Assembly (NCBI GenBank): GCA_964035545.1
Contig: OZ037769.1
Span: forward strand, 6,739,929-6,803,928
Reading direction: 5' to 3'
DNA: 64,000 bases
Source: Bugula neritina
Lineage: Eukaryota > Animalia > Bryozoa
This document shows positions 11,801 to 23,412 of this stretch, piece after piece. The notes under the pieces were generated by a model, which worked only from the letters and a program-made list of their open reading frames with translations, was not told the origin of the DNA and ran no database searches. A program made the position numbers and the translations under genes. How positions within the stretch are numbered: the first letter of the stretch is position 1; each line of letters opens with the position of its first letter.

Positions 11801-14800
11801 TGTCATGGTGGTGGTGGTGGTTGTCATGGTGGTGGTGGTGGTTGTCATGGTGGTGGTGGTGGTTGTCATGGTGGTGGTGGTGGTTGTCATGGTGGTGGCT
11901 GTCATGGTGGTTGTGGTTGTCATGGTAGTAGTGGTTGTCATGGTGACGGCTGTCATGGTGGTGGTGGTTGTAGTAGTAGTGGCTGTGATTTTGGCAGAAT
12001 GTTTGATAATATTATAAGCACATGGTCAATCAATGTAATTCTTCTCCATGCATCTGTCCTTGCCATCGTAATATGGTCAGTTAAAATGCCTCATTTATGT
12101 TGGAGTTATCTATCCAGTTATAGTCTCATAAAGCCCATTACTATGTGTGCTCTTTTTCCCTGACCAAAGTCACCCGCATTTCCTATTACTTCAAAAAACA
12201 GCACTTAACTGAGACCCACTGGTTGTACATTTAGAAAAGTTTAGAATTTTTCAATGTGTGATTTGATGGGAATGAAATAAGCGTAAACACAGAACTTCAA
12301 AGCCAGTTCATAGTTCAATGTAGTCTTATCAAAATGTGAAGTGATAAATTACTGTATGCAGTTTTATGAGCTCCATTCTTCAACAAGGGGGAAGTAATGT
12401 CATCCCCTAACTATAAATATTCAGTTAGTAGCTTTCTTGGCTCAATGCTTCTTCTATAGGAATTTCATGATGTTACAGCTTGGAATAAGGAGATATTATG
12501 TTGTGTACATGCCACAAAGTTATGTAAACTGTGTTGTATAGTGACAATAATATATAATTGTTTTAATAAGAACATAACTCCTGTTGTGTAAACAAATGAA
12601 ATTATTAATGCTCACCAAGTGTGCATACATGTGTGTATAGTCTAATTGCAGTCTAATTGTGTTTCTATGTATATCTTTGTTGGTGTTAGGCTCAAGTTCT
12701 TACTACGACATGACATCTTTCTCTGAACTCAAAGCCGAGAAAGTGTGTACCAAGAAGGATAACAAAGGAAAGCAGTTCCTCAACTACAATATGCTACAAT
12801 TCAGTAGGGTATATCCAAAAGGTAAGAATTTAGAATGCGTCCTGTGAAATGCAGAATAATGCTGCACAATCGCACGCATAGATATGTTCTTTATTGTTTC
12901 AATGCGCATAAGAATGCATGTGAGATTTAGCCTTTGATCTTGTGTATGTCGCAGGGCAGCGGTTAGACAGTTCCAACTATGATCCCATAATGCCGTGGAG
13001 CTGTGGTGCCCACATGTTGGCTTTGAATTACCAGACTCCAGACAAGGCCATGCAAATAAATCAAGGAAGGTTTTTACAGAATGGATTGTAAGTAATAGAT
13101 TCGTACAATGTTTTAATATCTGATGGTGGAATGTAGCAGGTTGACCTTCACCTTAGGATATCCTTCAATCATTGAGCTATATTTTCTCTATCTGATATCT
13201 GCTTACAATCAAAAGTTTGTTGACCTATTTATGCTTCTTACTGTTGACCCATTTGTGCTACTTACAGTTGATCCATTTATACTACTTACTGTTGACTCAT
13301 TTATACTACTTGCTTAGTGGTTAGAGCTATTCTTAGCCGAGTTAGCCATTTCACAAAATTTTGAACCAGTGTGTGAAGGTCAATCATTTTCCTCAAAAGT
13401 TTATGATAATTCTGGTAAAATCACCATTTTGTTCCCATAAGTTCATACATGAATGCGTGTATCGCATCCTATTTATCTCATCTACTAGTTATTAAACACA
13501 TTCTATATTTCAGATGTGGATATGTGCTTCAACCTCACTGCCTTAATGACCCAATTTATGACCCCTTCGACAAGAGGTCTTTGGTTGGAGTCAACCCAAT
13601 GACTATTTCACTCACTGTGAGTATACTCAATCTTAGTTACGTCTCTATTTTACTCACTGTGAGTGTACTCATTCTCAGTCACATCACTATTTCACTCACT
13701 GTGAGTGTACTCAGTCCTAGTCACATCACTATTTCACTCACTGTGAGTGTACTCAATCTTAGTCACATCACTATTTCACTCACTGTGAGTATACTCAGTC
13801 CTAGTCACATCACTATTTCACTCACTGTGAGTGTACTCAGTTCTAATCACATGACTTTTTCACTCACTGTGAGTATACTCAGTCCTAGTCACATGACTAT
13901 TTCACTTAATAACTTTAGTATGTCAACTTTGAACAGAAAGTTAATCGCTTAGATTAATTAGTTATATTTAGTAATAAAATTATAAATTTTGGTTGGAAAG
14001 TTGACTTTTGATTTGTAATTGCTGCCTAGTCCTTTTAGTATGAGAGTAGTATCATTAGCCATTGATGTGCTCAGTACTGATCAATCATGAGTGTAACTCA
14101 TGAATATAACCCCTACATCTTACTCATTTGTAGTTCTTAAAAACTCTTAGCCACCTTTGTTATATGCTCAACTGTCAGCTTGAAAACCTGTGCTTTAAAT
14201 CAGAAAATCGATTAAAGTTTTTCAATAAACATACGATCAATTGAATAATTTATTTAACCTTCAAAACCTGCTTCCTTCCAAAGCAAACAATCGGCCTTTC
14301 TTCTTGTTTAGTACTAGTACAATTGTTTTCCTTTCTTTCAGGTTGAGCAATTTTGTAAAGTCACTAGTCAAGTATCAATAGTAATCAATATGAAACACTT
14401 CTGTATCAATAGCTAGTACAGAGTACAACTTATTAGCAGTGTCACTGCCTTACTACTTATCTCAAGTCTTACTTACTTCTACTTCTATGTCATAACAAAC
14501 TCTCCCATTATAGATTATAGCTGGCCGGCATCTGTTCCGGTGTAACAAAGGAATACCAAGTCCGTTTGTAGAGGTGGAGATACTCGGGGCGGACTATGAA
14601 GACACCAAGAAGTTTAAGACAGATAAGAAAGGTACTCAGTACACACTGCAGACGTTTCACTTAAATATTGATAGATTATTGAGAAGGATTTATTGTGTTA
14701 TCATAGCTTGTAATTTTCTTCTCAGAGCTCTCTATTACTGTCCGGCATCTAAATTTTGAGTTGTGCAGGCAACTCAAAATTGTAGTTGTGCAGTTGCTGT

Positions 14801-17800
14801 AATTATGCAGCTACTGTAGTTGTACAACTACAGTAGCTATACAACTACAGTAGGTGTACAGCTACTGTAGTAGTACAGTTACTGTAGTTCTACAGTTACA
14901 ATAGCTGTACAGTTATTGCGTCTATTCCCAGGTCAGAACGCCCTCACACCTGTTTGGAATGAGGCAACAGATTTCGACATCATAAACCCAGATCTTGCAA
15001 TGATAAGATTCTGTGTTCAGGACGAGGATGTCTTTGGGGACCCCAACTTCTTGGGTCAAGCTACTATTCCAGTTCGCTGTCTCAGATCAGGTGAGGTAGT
15101 TTGTTTGTTTGTTTGTTTTCTTTATTTCCATCAAAAAAAACAAAAGGACAATAAAATACAAATATACAACAGTAACACAAAAAGAGCTAAATTCAATTTA
15201 TATATAATATCAATCGAAGTCAAGATGGGGGCCCATGTGCTCAGTAGCATAGCTATTCAAGGAGCGGGGCCCAAGTAGCAGTTGAAAAAATAGTGGGAAC
15301 TATTTATTCAGATTAAGTTAAAGATTTTAGTAGGTGCTTTTTCAACAATATTTTAAATGTGGCAAAGCTTTGATGATGTCTTAAAGTCAGAGGTAGCTTA
15401 TTCCAATTGCTAGACATCTGGTAGGACACTTGACGATGACCTGCTGCGGAGGTGGAGAGAGGTAAGGGTAAGGAAAGTTCAGAATGTCTGGTGAGGTAAG
15501 TTGGTGGTTGTTTGGTGTGAGATGGAGTATAATAAGCTGAATGACCAAGAAGACATAGGCGGTAGATATACAAGAGATCAATAGGAAGAATTTCTGCTTT
15601 GATATCATAAACCCAGATCTTGCAATGATAAGATTCTTAGTTGACTGTACATTGTACTTGCAGTCTACAGAGTTAGTGTATAGAAGACGTTGTGTACTAA
15701 TGGGTGTGACCAAGCTTTAGTATGACGTAAGCAGTCAACAACTAGTTCACTGTTGTCTGTTGAGGTTGGATTCTAACGTAGTAGGGAAATGGAATTTCCC
15801 ACAAATGCATGCCAAGTATGTTATGGTGACGTGTACTTGTACATATGGCCAGTCTATGCGCAGTCTAAAATAGGTCACTAGAATTAGGTCATTGTAGTTG
15901 TCTCAGTTCCAATATACCTCTACAATGTGTCTATTTGTGGCTTTGTCCTTGGTTTCTTAAAAAAGGTTACACTGTGCTATCTTCACATAGTCATTACGCA
16001 ACAGAATTGGTTGTTTATTTGCACGAGTCTTTTAGTGGGAGATAATAATAAATTGCGTGGGTTGTTGACAGTAGTCACCTGGAAATAGCACAGTTCAAAG
16101 CATTTTCCCAAATGCACAACATAATAGACTATTATGAATGCACCTTGAATCATTATAGACCAAAATACAGTATTATACCAGGGAAAATAGAATTTCCATG
16201 ACTAGCATATTTCCTTTCATAATGAATTCAGAACAAAGGTTTTGTATGGTCTGATAAGGGTATGCCTACAAAATTCCATAGATTTGTTAGATATGCATGT
16301 ATAAGGAAATACAGCGCTATCCTACACTTTGAAGGAATAGTAGTTATGTACTGTAATTCTTCATGTACTTATTGTAGCTATATTCATTTTATATACACTT
16401 CTACCTCACTTCTACCTCACTTCTACCTCACTTCAACTTGGTGAAATGCTTGTCAGCAAATGAGAAAGACGTAATTCATCTAAAAGTCCCGATTAAGAAG
16501 AATGAAGTGTTTTAAATAATAGTACATCAGTACAAAACCAAAATCTTTATAGAAAGTGTATGAACTTAAAAGTGGCTACCACCAATGTAGTTAATTGGCA
16601 ATTTGTTCTATATAGTTCAGTTATAGTTACAAAATCAAGTTAATACATTACCCTAGGACATAATTTATATGAGGCTCATGTCTACCCTTTGCTATTCTGA
16701 TCTTCTATGACTGCGATGCTCGGAAAAATCATTTGGTCTATAAGCACATTTTAGAACCAATAGAGCTTCGTTACCACATTATTCAAACTGGCTGTAGACA
16801 TCAACTTACTAATACTAAAACCCTGAACTCTCTGAACCAGTAGTTTTCTTGACTCTCACGTTGACAACACTGTTTCACTTTACATGCTTCTATTACAGGA
16901 TACCGCAGTGTGCCTCTCTACAACGACTACAGTCAGGAGCTCGAACTTGCCTCCTTACTTGTCAAGATTGAAATAGTCAATCCTAATGTAAGTTATACTA
17001 CACGCAGAGTAAGTTATACTACACGCAGACTAAGTGATACTACACACAGAGTAAGTAATACTACACATAGAGTAAGTAATACTACGCACAGAGTAAGTAA
17101 TGCTACACGCAGAGTAAGTTATACTACACGCAGACTAAGTAATACTACACACAGAGTAAGTAATACTACACACAGAGTAAGTAATACTACACATAGAGTA
17201 AGTAATACTACGCACAGAGTAAGTAATGCTACACGCAGAGTAAGTAATACTACACACAGAGTAAGTAATACTAAACACAGAGTAAGTAATACTACACACA
17301 GACTAAGTGATACTACACACAGAGTAAGTAATACTACACATAGAGTAAGTAATACTACGCACAGAGTAAGTAATACTACACGCAGAGTAAGTTATACTAC
17401 ACACAGAGTAAGTAATACTACACACAGAGTAAGTTATACTACACACAGAGTAAGTAATACTACACAGAGTAAGTAATACTACACACAGAGTAAGTAATAC
17501 TACACACAGAGTAAGTAATACTGTACACAGAGTAAGTAATACTGCACACAGAGTAAGTAATACTACACACAGAGTAAGTTATACTACACACAGAGTAAGT
17601 AATACTGTACACAGAGTAAGTTATACTACACACAGAGTAAGTTATACTACACACAGAGTAAGTTATACTACACACAGAGTAAGTAATACTACACACAGAG
17701 TAAGTTATACTACACACAGAGTAAGTAATACTACACACAGAGTAAGTAATACTACACACAAAGTAAGTAATACTACACACAGAGTAAGTAATACTACACA

Positions 17801-20800
17801 CAGAGTAAGTAATACTACACACAGAGTAAGTAATACTGTACACAGAGTAAGTTATACTACACACAGAGTAAGTAATACTACACAGAGTAAGTAATACTAC
17901 ACACAGAGTAAGTAATACTACACACAGAGTAAGTAATACTGCACACAGAGTAAGTAATACTGTACACAGAGTAAGTAATACTACACACAGAGTAAGTAAT
18001 ACTGCACACAGAGTAAGTAATACTGTACACAGAGTAAGTTATACTACACACAGAGTAAGTTATACTACACACAGAGTAAGTTATACTACACACATAGTAA
18101 GTAATACTACACACAGAGTAAGTAATACTACACACAGAGTAAGTAATACTACACACAGACTAAGTAATACTGCACACAGAGTAAGTAATACTACACACAG
18201 AGTAAGTTATACTACACACAGAGTAAGTAATGCTACACACAGAGTAAGTAATACTACACACAGAGTAAGTAATACTACACACAGAGTAAGTAATACTGCA
18301 CACAGAGTAAGTAATACTACACACAGAGTAAGTAATACTGCACACAGAGTAAGTTATACTACACACAGAGTAAGTAATACTGCACACAGAGTAAGTAATA
18401 CTACACACAGAGTAAGTAATACTACACACAGACTAAGTAATACTGCACACAGAGTAAGTAATACTACACACAGAGTAAGTTATACTACACACAGAGTAAG
18501 TAATGCTACACACAGAGTAAGTAATACTACACACAGAGTAAGTAATACTACACACAGAGTAAGTAATACTGCACACAGAGTAAGTAATACTACACACAGA
18601 GTAAGTAATACTACACACAGAGTAAGTAATACTACACACAGACTAAGTAATACTGCACACAGAGTAAGTAATACTACACACAGAGTAAGTAATACTACAC
18701 ACAGAGTAAGTAATGCTACACACGGAGTAAGTAATACTACACACAGAGTAAGTAATACTACACACACACAGTAAATTATACTACACATAGAGTAAGTAAT
18801 ACTTGTGATACATCTAGAGTGTTATATTTGCACGCAGGATGTCCATCAAGATATATACTCAACGCTGTCAGATCTCCGAGATGAAAAGCGTACAATAGAA
18901 GAGCAAGTGACCGAAGAGCCTGACAAATTACAGCAAACCCTTCTCCAGCAAAGACTGGCTAGCATTGACAGCAAGATTGATGAGCAATTATATAACAGAC
19001 GAAAAAGGTATGTTGCCCACTCCTTGCGTTTATCGTTTATTTGTAATCTTCTGTAGCATGAAATATCTTCAACTTTCTTTAAGTATAAGCTTTTCTCTAG
19101 ATTTTAGGTTTCTGTGATTTTTCTATCACGAAAAATGTGATGGCGAAAATAATTTTTATATAATTTTCAGTTTAATAAATGTTGCTGTTCCTATTTTACT
19201 CATTGTTAGTTTGAAACTAGCTAAAGCCTTGCCAGTAGAAGGAACTTAACAGAGTTTCTTAGTACGCATTAGTCGGTAAGGAAATTGATAGAACTTAAAG
19301 TATTGAGTAATGTTGGCTGTACTTGGTCAAGTTTTATAGAGTCTACTACTAGTCATGTATCAGATTACTAGCTTACTCTTCTACATATACTTGTACTGTT
19401 CATTTATTGTGACTCAACTGTGCAGGTACAGCAAACACACACTCGCCTACCAGGTAAATAGTTGATCACAGAGACCGTAGATTTAGTTCAGCCATGCTAT
19501 GCCAGCATTGCATCATCCTTTCTCATCCAATCAGCTGGTTGCACGTCACATTCATACATCAGGGTTTATCAGTTATGAGATAACTCTAGTCATCAGTTGT
19601 GTACACTTGACCTTTCTATGATCATGAGGGCGATTTGTAATTTAATATGCAGTGTATGTTTTACCTGGAGTTTTGTCTTCTATGCAATTCCTGATTTGGA
19701 CAAAGTGACTCGACCTGCAAACTGGTGATTTGAAACAGCATGGTGTATAACCTTTCAATTACATTGAACAGTAGTAGAGAAATTTTGATAGCACAAGTTC
19801 TGCAAATGCCTTTAGGAAATTTTAGTTTAATCTATAAGAACATAACTAAGTTTGTGAGTTGTTCATCTAAAACCCTGGTTTTATTTTTCAAATTTCTCTG
19901 TTGCCCCACCTACCTTCTTTTATTCGGATCTGTGAACCATAGTGTGGTAGTTGAGAGTTCTTTATAAGCTGGCCGGTATCTCTCAGGCTCTCAGTCTATA
20001 TTTTGGATCCAACAAATTTAACTTTGAAATCTTTAGTTGGAAGATTTAACTTCTCAACTTGGGATTTGTTTAATTTTTCTGTCACAGCTTGAAACAATGT
20101 TATTCAATTTACTTGCAACTTTTGTCACTAGACAATGTGGCTGCCGTCATTCACATCACTTCAGTTAAATACATACGTAGTGCTCACTTTATGAGATTGA
20201 TATGTGGTAGAATGCATTCAATTATTACTCAAATCCTCCATAATATCGCTATGCAGTTGTGTGTATCCTCATACTTGTTGAGGAGTTTTCATTCTTCAAT
20301 ACTAAGCAGTTCTCTCTTGACCTCTTAACCCTTTGGGCTAATATTTTTGTGTCAAATTCTCAGAACTCGTCCCCAACCGTTGCCGAGGCAATTATCTAAT
20401 GACAGTCGTCGTTATCAGATGTACTCACCGGGTAAGAATGAGACTAACACAACGTAACCATCTGTTTTAGTTTGGTGATGCTTCTAAAAGTAACAGCAAT
20501 TTATGCAGAGAGTTTTGTTTACCTGCAAATAAGTCTCTCAGTTTGGTGACTAATCAGTTTTAGTTCTGATTTCGTAGTTTCTGCAGCGATTCCACTGCAT
20601 CACTCACTTCAATACACTTGTGGCTGTAACACTCCTACTAAGTTGAGATGCCTTAGCACTTACCATTGCCATAACTTAACAACCGCAAAAAGTTGCTGCA
20701 TAATTTTGTCTAGTTTAACTTTTTTTCAACTCTGCTTATGCATTGCATCATTACCTTGGTGAGTTTGTATGATCTAACTTGTCTACACTTTAAAGTTAAC

Positions 20801-21574
20801 TTTTTTTTCATTTTGCTGCACTTTATTTACAACACACCATGTTATATACGTCATGTTTTATGGAATGCTCCAGTATTGACTGTTAAGTTTTCCTTATGTA
20901 ATTTTGATCTATATCTCCCCTACCATGTTGACTAGCTCTACAGAAATTTTCGGCACAACTCCTGCTTTGTTTAACAAATTTGAAGATCAGAACTCTAGCT
21001 CACTAGGTTTGAAATTAGTGCTTTAATATGGCAGTTGGTTTTTGACATCCTTGTGGCACTGCCTTATAATCTAGCTACTCCCTTTTAAAGTGTTTTATAG
21101 AATAATATTTGTAGATAATGCTTATAAAAGTAATTTCTAGCTTTTTGGCAGCTTGCTTGCTTTCTGATGCTTAAAATGTACAGTCTACTCATGCCTTATG
21201 CTGTGTGACTAAAGATTATACACTATCAATTATACCCATCAAATAATTAAAACCTACCTCATTAGGTTTTTAGGTGTATTAAAGTTGCCCTATAGATAAT
21301 ATGTTGTGTATGCTATATGCATTATATACTATATATTGCTTACACTATTTATTATGAAGCCTACTATATATGATAAATGTTATATTCTACATCCTGTGTA
21401 TAATATATCTAGGATATACATAGCTGTACTCTACATAATATATATGCAATAGTTGGTATATAGTCATACTTGTCAGTCAATGTATGTTTTGTGTATGTAA
21501 TAAATTTGTTTTTCCTTACAGATTCGCCCAAACTAGATGGCGAATGGGGTCGCAGTAACTCACAATTCTCATAA
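314..21574 (+). CDS. PLCG: Phospholipase C-gamma, multi-exon, 5' end lies outside the window
   Basis: Exons with GT-AG boundaries and consistent phases: 314-441, 1039-1192, 1813-1928, 2193-2278, 2417-2537, 3262-3347, 3436-3518, 3640-3768, 4295-4417, [4670-4833 or 4888-5057], 6536-6736, 7397-7525, 7700-7877, 8376-8548, 9140-9264, 10901-11079, 11593-11689, 12690-12821, 12955-13087, 13514-13616, 14514-14631, 14932-15090, 16899-16987, 18838-19007, 20364-20431, 21522-21574 (last two less certain). Motifs: X-box [28 protein letters not shown]; SH2-SH2-SH3 inside a split PH; Y-box [17 protein letters not shown]; C2 domain. This order is diagnostic of PLC-gamma. Confidence 0.96.
791..1038. repeat. 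50-bp tandem repeat x5, each copy ending in an acceptor-like site
   Basis: Unit tatagtaactcatagttagatgtagattatattatcctgtacttgtacag; the last copy ends gcttgcag, which is the true acceptor. Confidence 0.92.
1813..3518 (+). CDS. PLCG: PLC-gamma catalytic X-box exons (1813-1928, 2193-2278, 2417-2537, 3262-3347, 3436-3518)
   Basis: [69 protein letters not shown]; both catalytic His residues present. Confidence 0.96.
2560..2935. repeat. ~19-bp degenerate intronic minisatellite
   Basis: Repeated (g)tggtattactgtatat / tagtattactgtatat units just downstream of the donor at 2538. Confidence 0.85.
3640..4417 (+). CDS. PLCG: PLC-gamma N-half of split PH domain (3640-3768, 4295-4417)
   Basis: HKKL...[14 protein letters not shown] / [18 protein letters not shown]; phase-0 GT-AG junctions. 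Confidence 0.9.
4670..4833 (+). CDS. PLCG: PLC-gamma nSH2 N-half, alternative exon A (divergent)
   Basis: tttcag|[54 protein letters not shown](W)|gtgggt; 164 nt, phase 0 to phase 2. Confidence 0.8.
4888..5057 (+). CDS. PLCG: PLC-gamma nSH2 N-half, alternative exon B (canonical)
   Basis: ttgtag|[56 protein letters not shown](W)|gtatgt; 170 nt, phase 0 to phase 2. Confidence 0.92.
6536..7877 (+). CDS. PLCG: PLC-gamma nSH2 C-half and cSH2 exons (6536-6736, 7397-7525, 7700-7877)
   Basis: HCRIKSRQ...[15 protein letters not shown]; [15 protein letters not shown]...GAFLIR...[16 protein letters not shown]...[13 protein letters not shown]. Confidence 0.95.
7860..8140. repeat. ~140-bp tandem duplication including the exon end and donor site
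   Basis: gtggacaagtgtggcgag|gta at 7860 and again at 7999, each followed by similar ctaagtcagct...cataatcttagtcag...ctagtgag...caatagtagtt. Confidence 0.85.
8376..11079 (+). CDS. PLCG: PLC-gamma Tyr-bearing linker, SH3 and C-half of split PH (8376-8548, 9140-9264, 10901-11079)
   Basis: [11 protein letters not shown] (positional match to the activating Tyr linker), [17 protein letters not shown]...WWQGDCG...[34 protein letters not shown]. Confidence 0.9.
11593..13616 (+). CDS. PLCG: PLC-gamma catalytic Y-box exons (11593-11689, 12690-12821, 12955-13087, 13514-13616)
   Basis: [65 protein letters not shown]. Confidence 0.96.
11705..11985. repeat. GTG-rich 18/21-bp minisatellite (gtcatggtggtggtggtt)n
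   Basis: Directly visible; it produces the spurious poly-W, poly-V and poly-T ORFs. Confidence 0.95.
13602..13907 (+). repeat. 42-bp tandem repeat x7 spanning the exon/intron junction
   Basis: Unit actatttcactcact|gtgagtrtactcartcytagtcacatc; GTGAGT at 13617, 13659, 13701, 13743, 13785, 13827 and 13869. Confidence 0.93.
14514..16987 (+). CDS. PLCG: PLC-gamma C2 domain exons (14514-14631, 14932-15090, 16899-16987)
   Basis: IIAGRHL...[24 protein letters not shown]...[47 protein letters not shown]. Confidence 0.95.
14770..14915. repeat. Degenerate ~17-bp repeat (ctgtagttgtacag-like) in mixed orientation
   Basis: Repeated tactgtagttgtacag / ctacagtagctatac units just upstream of the acceptor at 14931. 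Confidence 0.6.
15101..15600 (-). mobile_element. 5'-truncated non-LTR retrotransposon (LINE) 3' fragment in a PLC-gamma intron
   Basis: Minus-strand [28 protein letters not shown] matches the WNxLPxxLR...FKxxLK end of CR1/L2-type ORF2; followed by a 3' UTR with AATAAA and an (AAAC)n tail. Confidence 0.7.
16988..18803 (+). repeat. 21-bp minisatellite (~85 units) filling almost the whole intron; unit begins with GTAAGT
   Basis: Unit gtaagtaatactacacacaga; the first unit is the real donor at 16988; the acceptor is at 18837. Confidence 0.96.
18838..21574 (+). CDS. PLCG: PLC-gamma C-terminal tail exons (18838-19007; then 20364-20431 and 21522-21574; optional exon at 19426)
   Basis: Coiled-coil-like [19 protein letters not shown]...; phase-consistent path to [39 protein letters not shown]. 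Low-conservation region, inferred from splice signals only. Confidence 0.6.
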
Positions 21575-23373
21575 TGGGTGGTGTGTCCCTCTTGTCACAG
21601 AACCTGTTCCACTTATCTAGTTGGAGTCGTCTATCAATGTCAGAGACCCTAATATACTTTCTCGTGTGCTGAGCAATTATAGTTATGTAATTCTAGTGAC
21701 TCTCAGCCAGGACAGTAACTTATTTTACATTTTGTATATATATAGTTAATATATTTGTGCTAATCTCTGCAGCCCCACAGTTGCCTATATTCACATGTAA
21801 CCACTGTGCTGCTTTCACTTTTATTATTCTTTTAAATGTCTTTATAGTAGGTAATAATTGAAATTTAACTGAAAAAACTTAGTCTTTATGAATTTTTATA
21901 ACTCATTTTTAATTTCATATATTTCCATATTTAGTGATTCCTACTCTAATGGCACAGCTCTGTCCTTCACTAAACTGCACAGCATTTGATTATTTTCTTT
22001 TTAATGTTTTTCTAATTACTATGACCACTGTTGACTCACTCGAAATATATGAGTACCTTATGCCAGCTTACAAACCAGTTTCAGTTTATGAAAAATTACC
22101 AAAACAGCTGCAGGTAGAAGACTCCTATCAAAAAGTTACCTGCATGAATATAGTATATAGGCTATTTTGGTAGAGTTTAGAATGATGGCCTAATAAATGT
22201 GATGTTAGGTAGAGTATTTACTCATAATTTTCCTGTTCAACCTAAGAAGTAGTTTTAGCCTGTTCAAAAATTTATTCCATCAGAGCTATTGAGTATAGAC
22301 TGTCCTTGTAAATATCAATCATTATAGTGCTAGGAATAGAAGCTGGGTATCGGTGTAATGATAAAGTGATAGTGATATTGCAACATTGAAGGTTGAATAG
22401 TTGCAAGTAAGTTTGTAATTGATGCTGCTTGTTCATGCAAAGGGTTTCATCCCTGCAAGCCCTTCACCCCATAGCCATTACTCTGTGCATCTAAACTAAG
22501 TGCCTGAGTTCACAAACCTGTATCTTCAATGTCTTGCTTCTTGGTACTCAACCAGATTATAACTCACGTATGACTAGTTTGCAAAATATGGAGGCATAAT
22601 TTGAGTTGTGATCTAAACTAATATAACACTAAGGTTTAGCTTACTATAAACAGGTAATTCCATTTTACCATATTCATATTTTTACATGTCTATGTAACTT
22701 GAACCTAGCCGTAAATGCTGCTGTCAAATGTTGAAAATATTTTTAGTTAGCAGATTGTAGTAAGCAAGGTGAATCTTATACAGTCTGCATGTGCAAGGTA
22801 TAGAACATAGGTTGTAAAATCATATCCAAGTTGTTCGGTTTTTTTGTATTTAATCATTTGGCCTTGGTTTTAAAGTTAACTTAGTATGCATACATACTGA
22901 TGTTCACTGAATTGAATATTTAAAGTGGTGTCTTACATAATAAATACATAGCTCATATGTTTGTTATCAAAGAGAGTATTGTTTATGCCTGAGGTACATC
23001 ATGTACTTCTTTGAAATACTAATTGATCATAACAATTACAAATATTATAAGTAAGGTAAACCAAATAATTGGTTCCAGTATCACACTGCTAAATTTTCAT
23101 CAATTTTAGTGTGGTAAACTTTATTTACAAGCTCTAGTAACCATGTATTCATGATGGCTTTTGCTGTAGCTTTGTACAGTTAGTAGTGGTTGAATATGCA
23201 ATGTCTAAAATGGCAACACTTTTGGAGAACTCTAAAGTTGAAAACATCCTTGGCCATTTTAGTTGTTTTATTTCAGTGCTAATATCTACTACTGGCGATA
23301 CCAAAGGGTTAAAGATCACTCTGGGCTATACTCGTTTGCCTATATTATACTGCATGCGGCCAACACCACCCGA

Positions 23374-23412
23374 TGACGTCACACGCTCGATCGATTCTAG
23401 GCTTTGATTGGT
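23374..23412. promoter_or_regulatory. Candidate IAP promoter elements: CRE palindrome TGACGTCA and inverted CCAAT
   Basis: TGACGTCA at 23374-23381 and gattgg about 30 nt downstream in a CpG-containing patch; donor-like cag|gtatgt at 23537; acceptor ttgtag at 24765 just before the IAP ATG. Confidence 0.35.

Noticed and set aside
11605-12017. Poly-Trp, poly-Val and poly-Thr ORFs
   Set aside because: Artefacts of the GTG-rich repeat; only 11593-11689 is exonic.
16988-18803. CRISPR-like array, or CSITYSV repeat proteins on the minus strand
   Set aside because: Head-to-tail units with no unique spacers inside a eukaryotic intron; the antisense ORFs are repeat translations.
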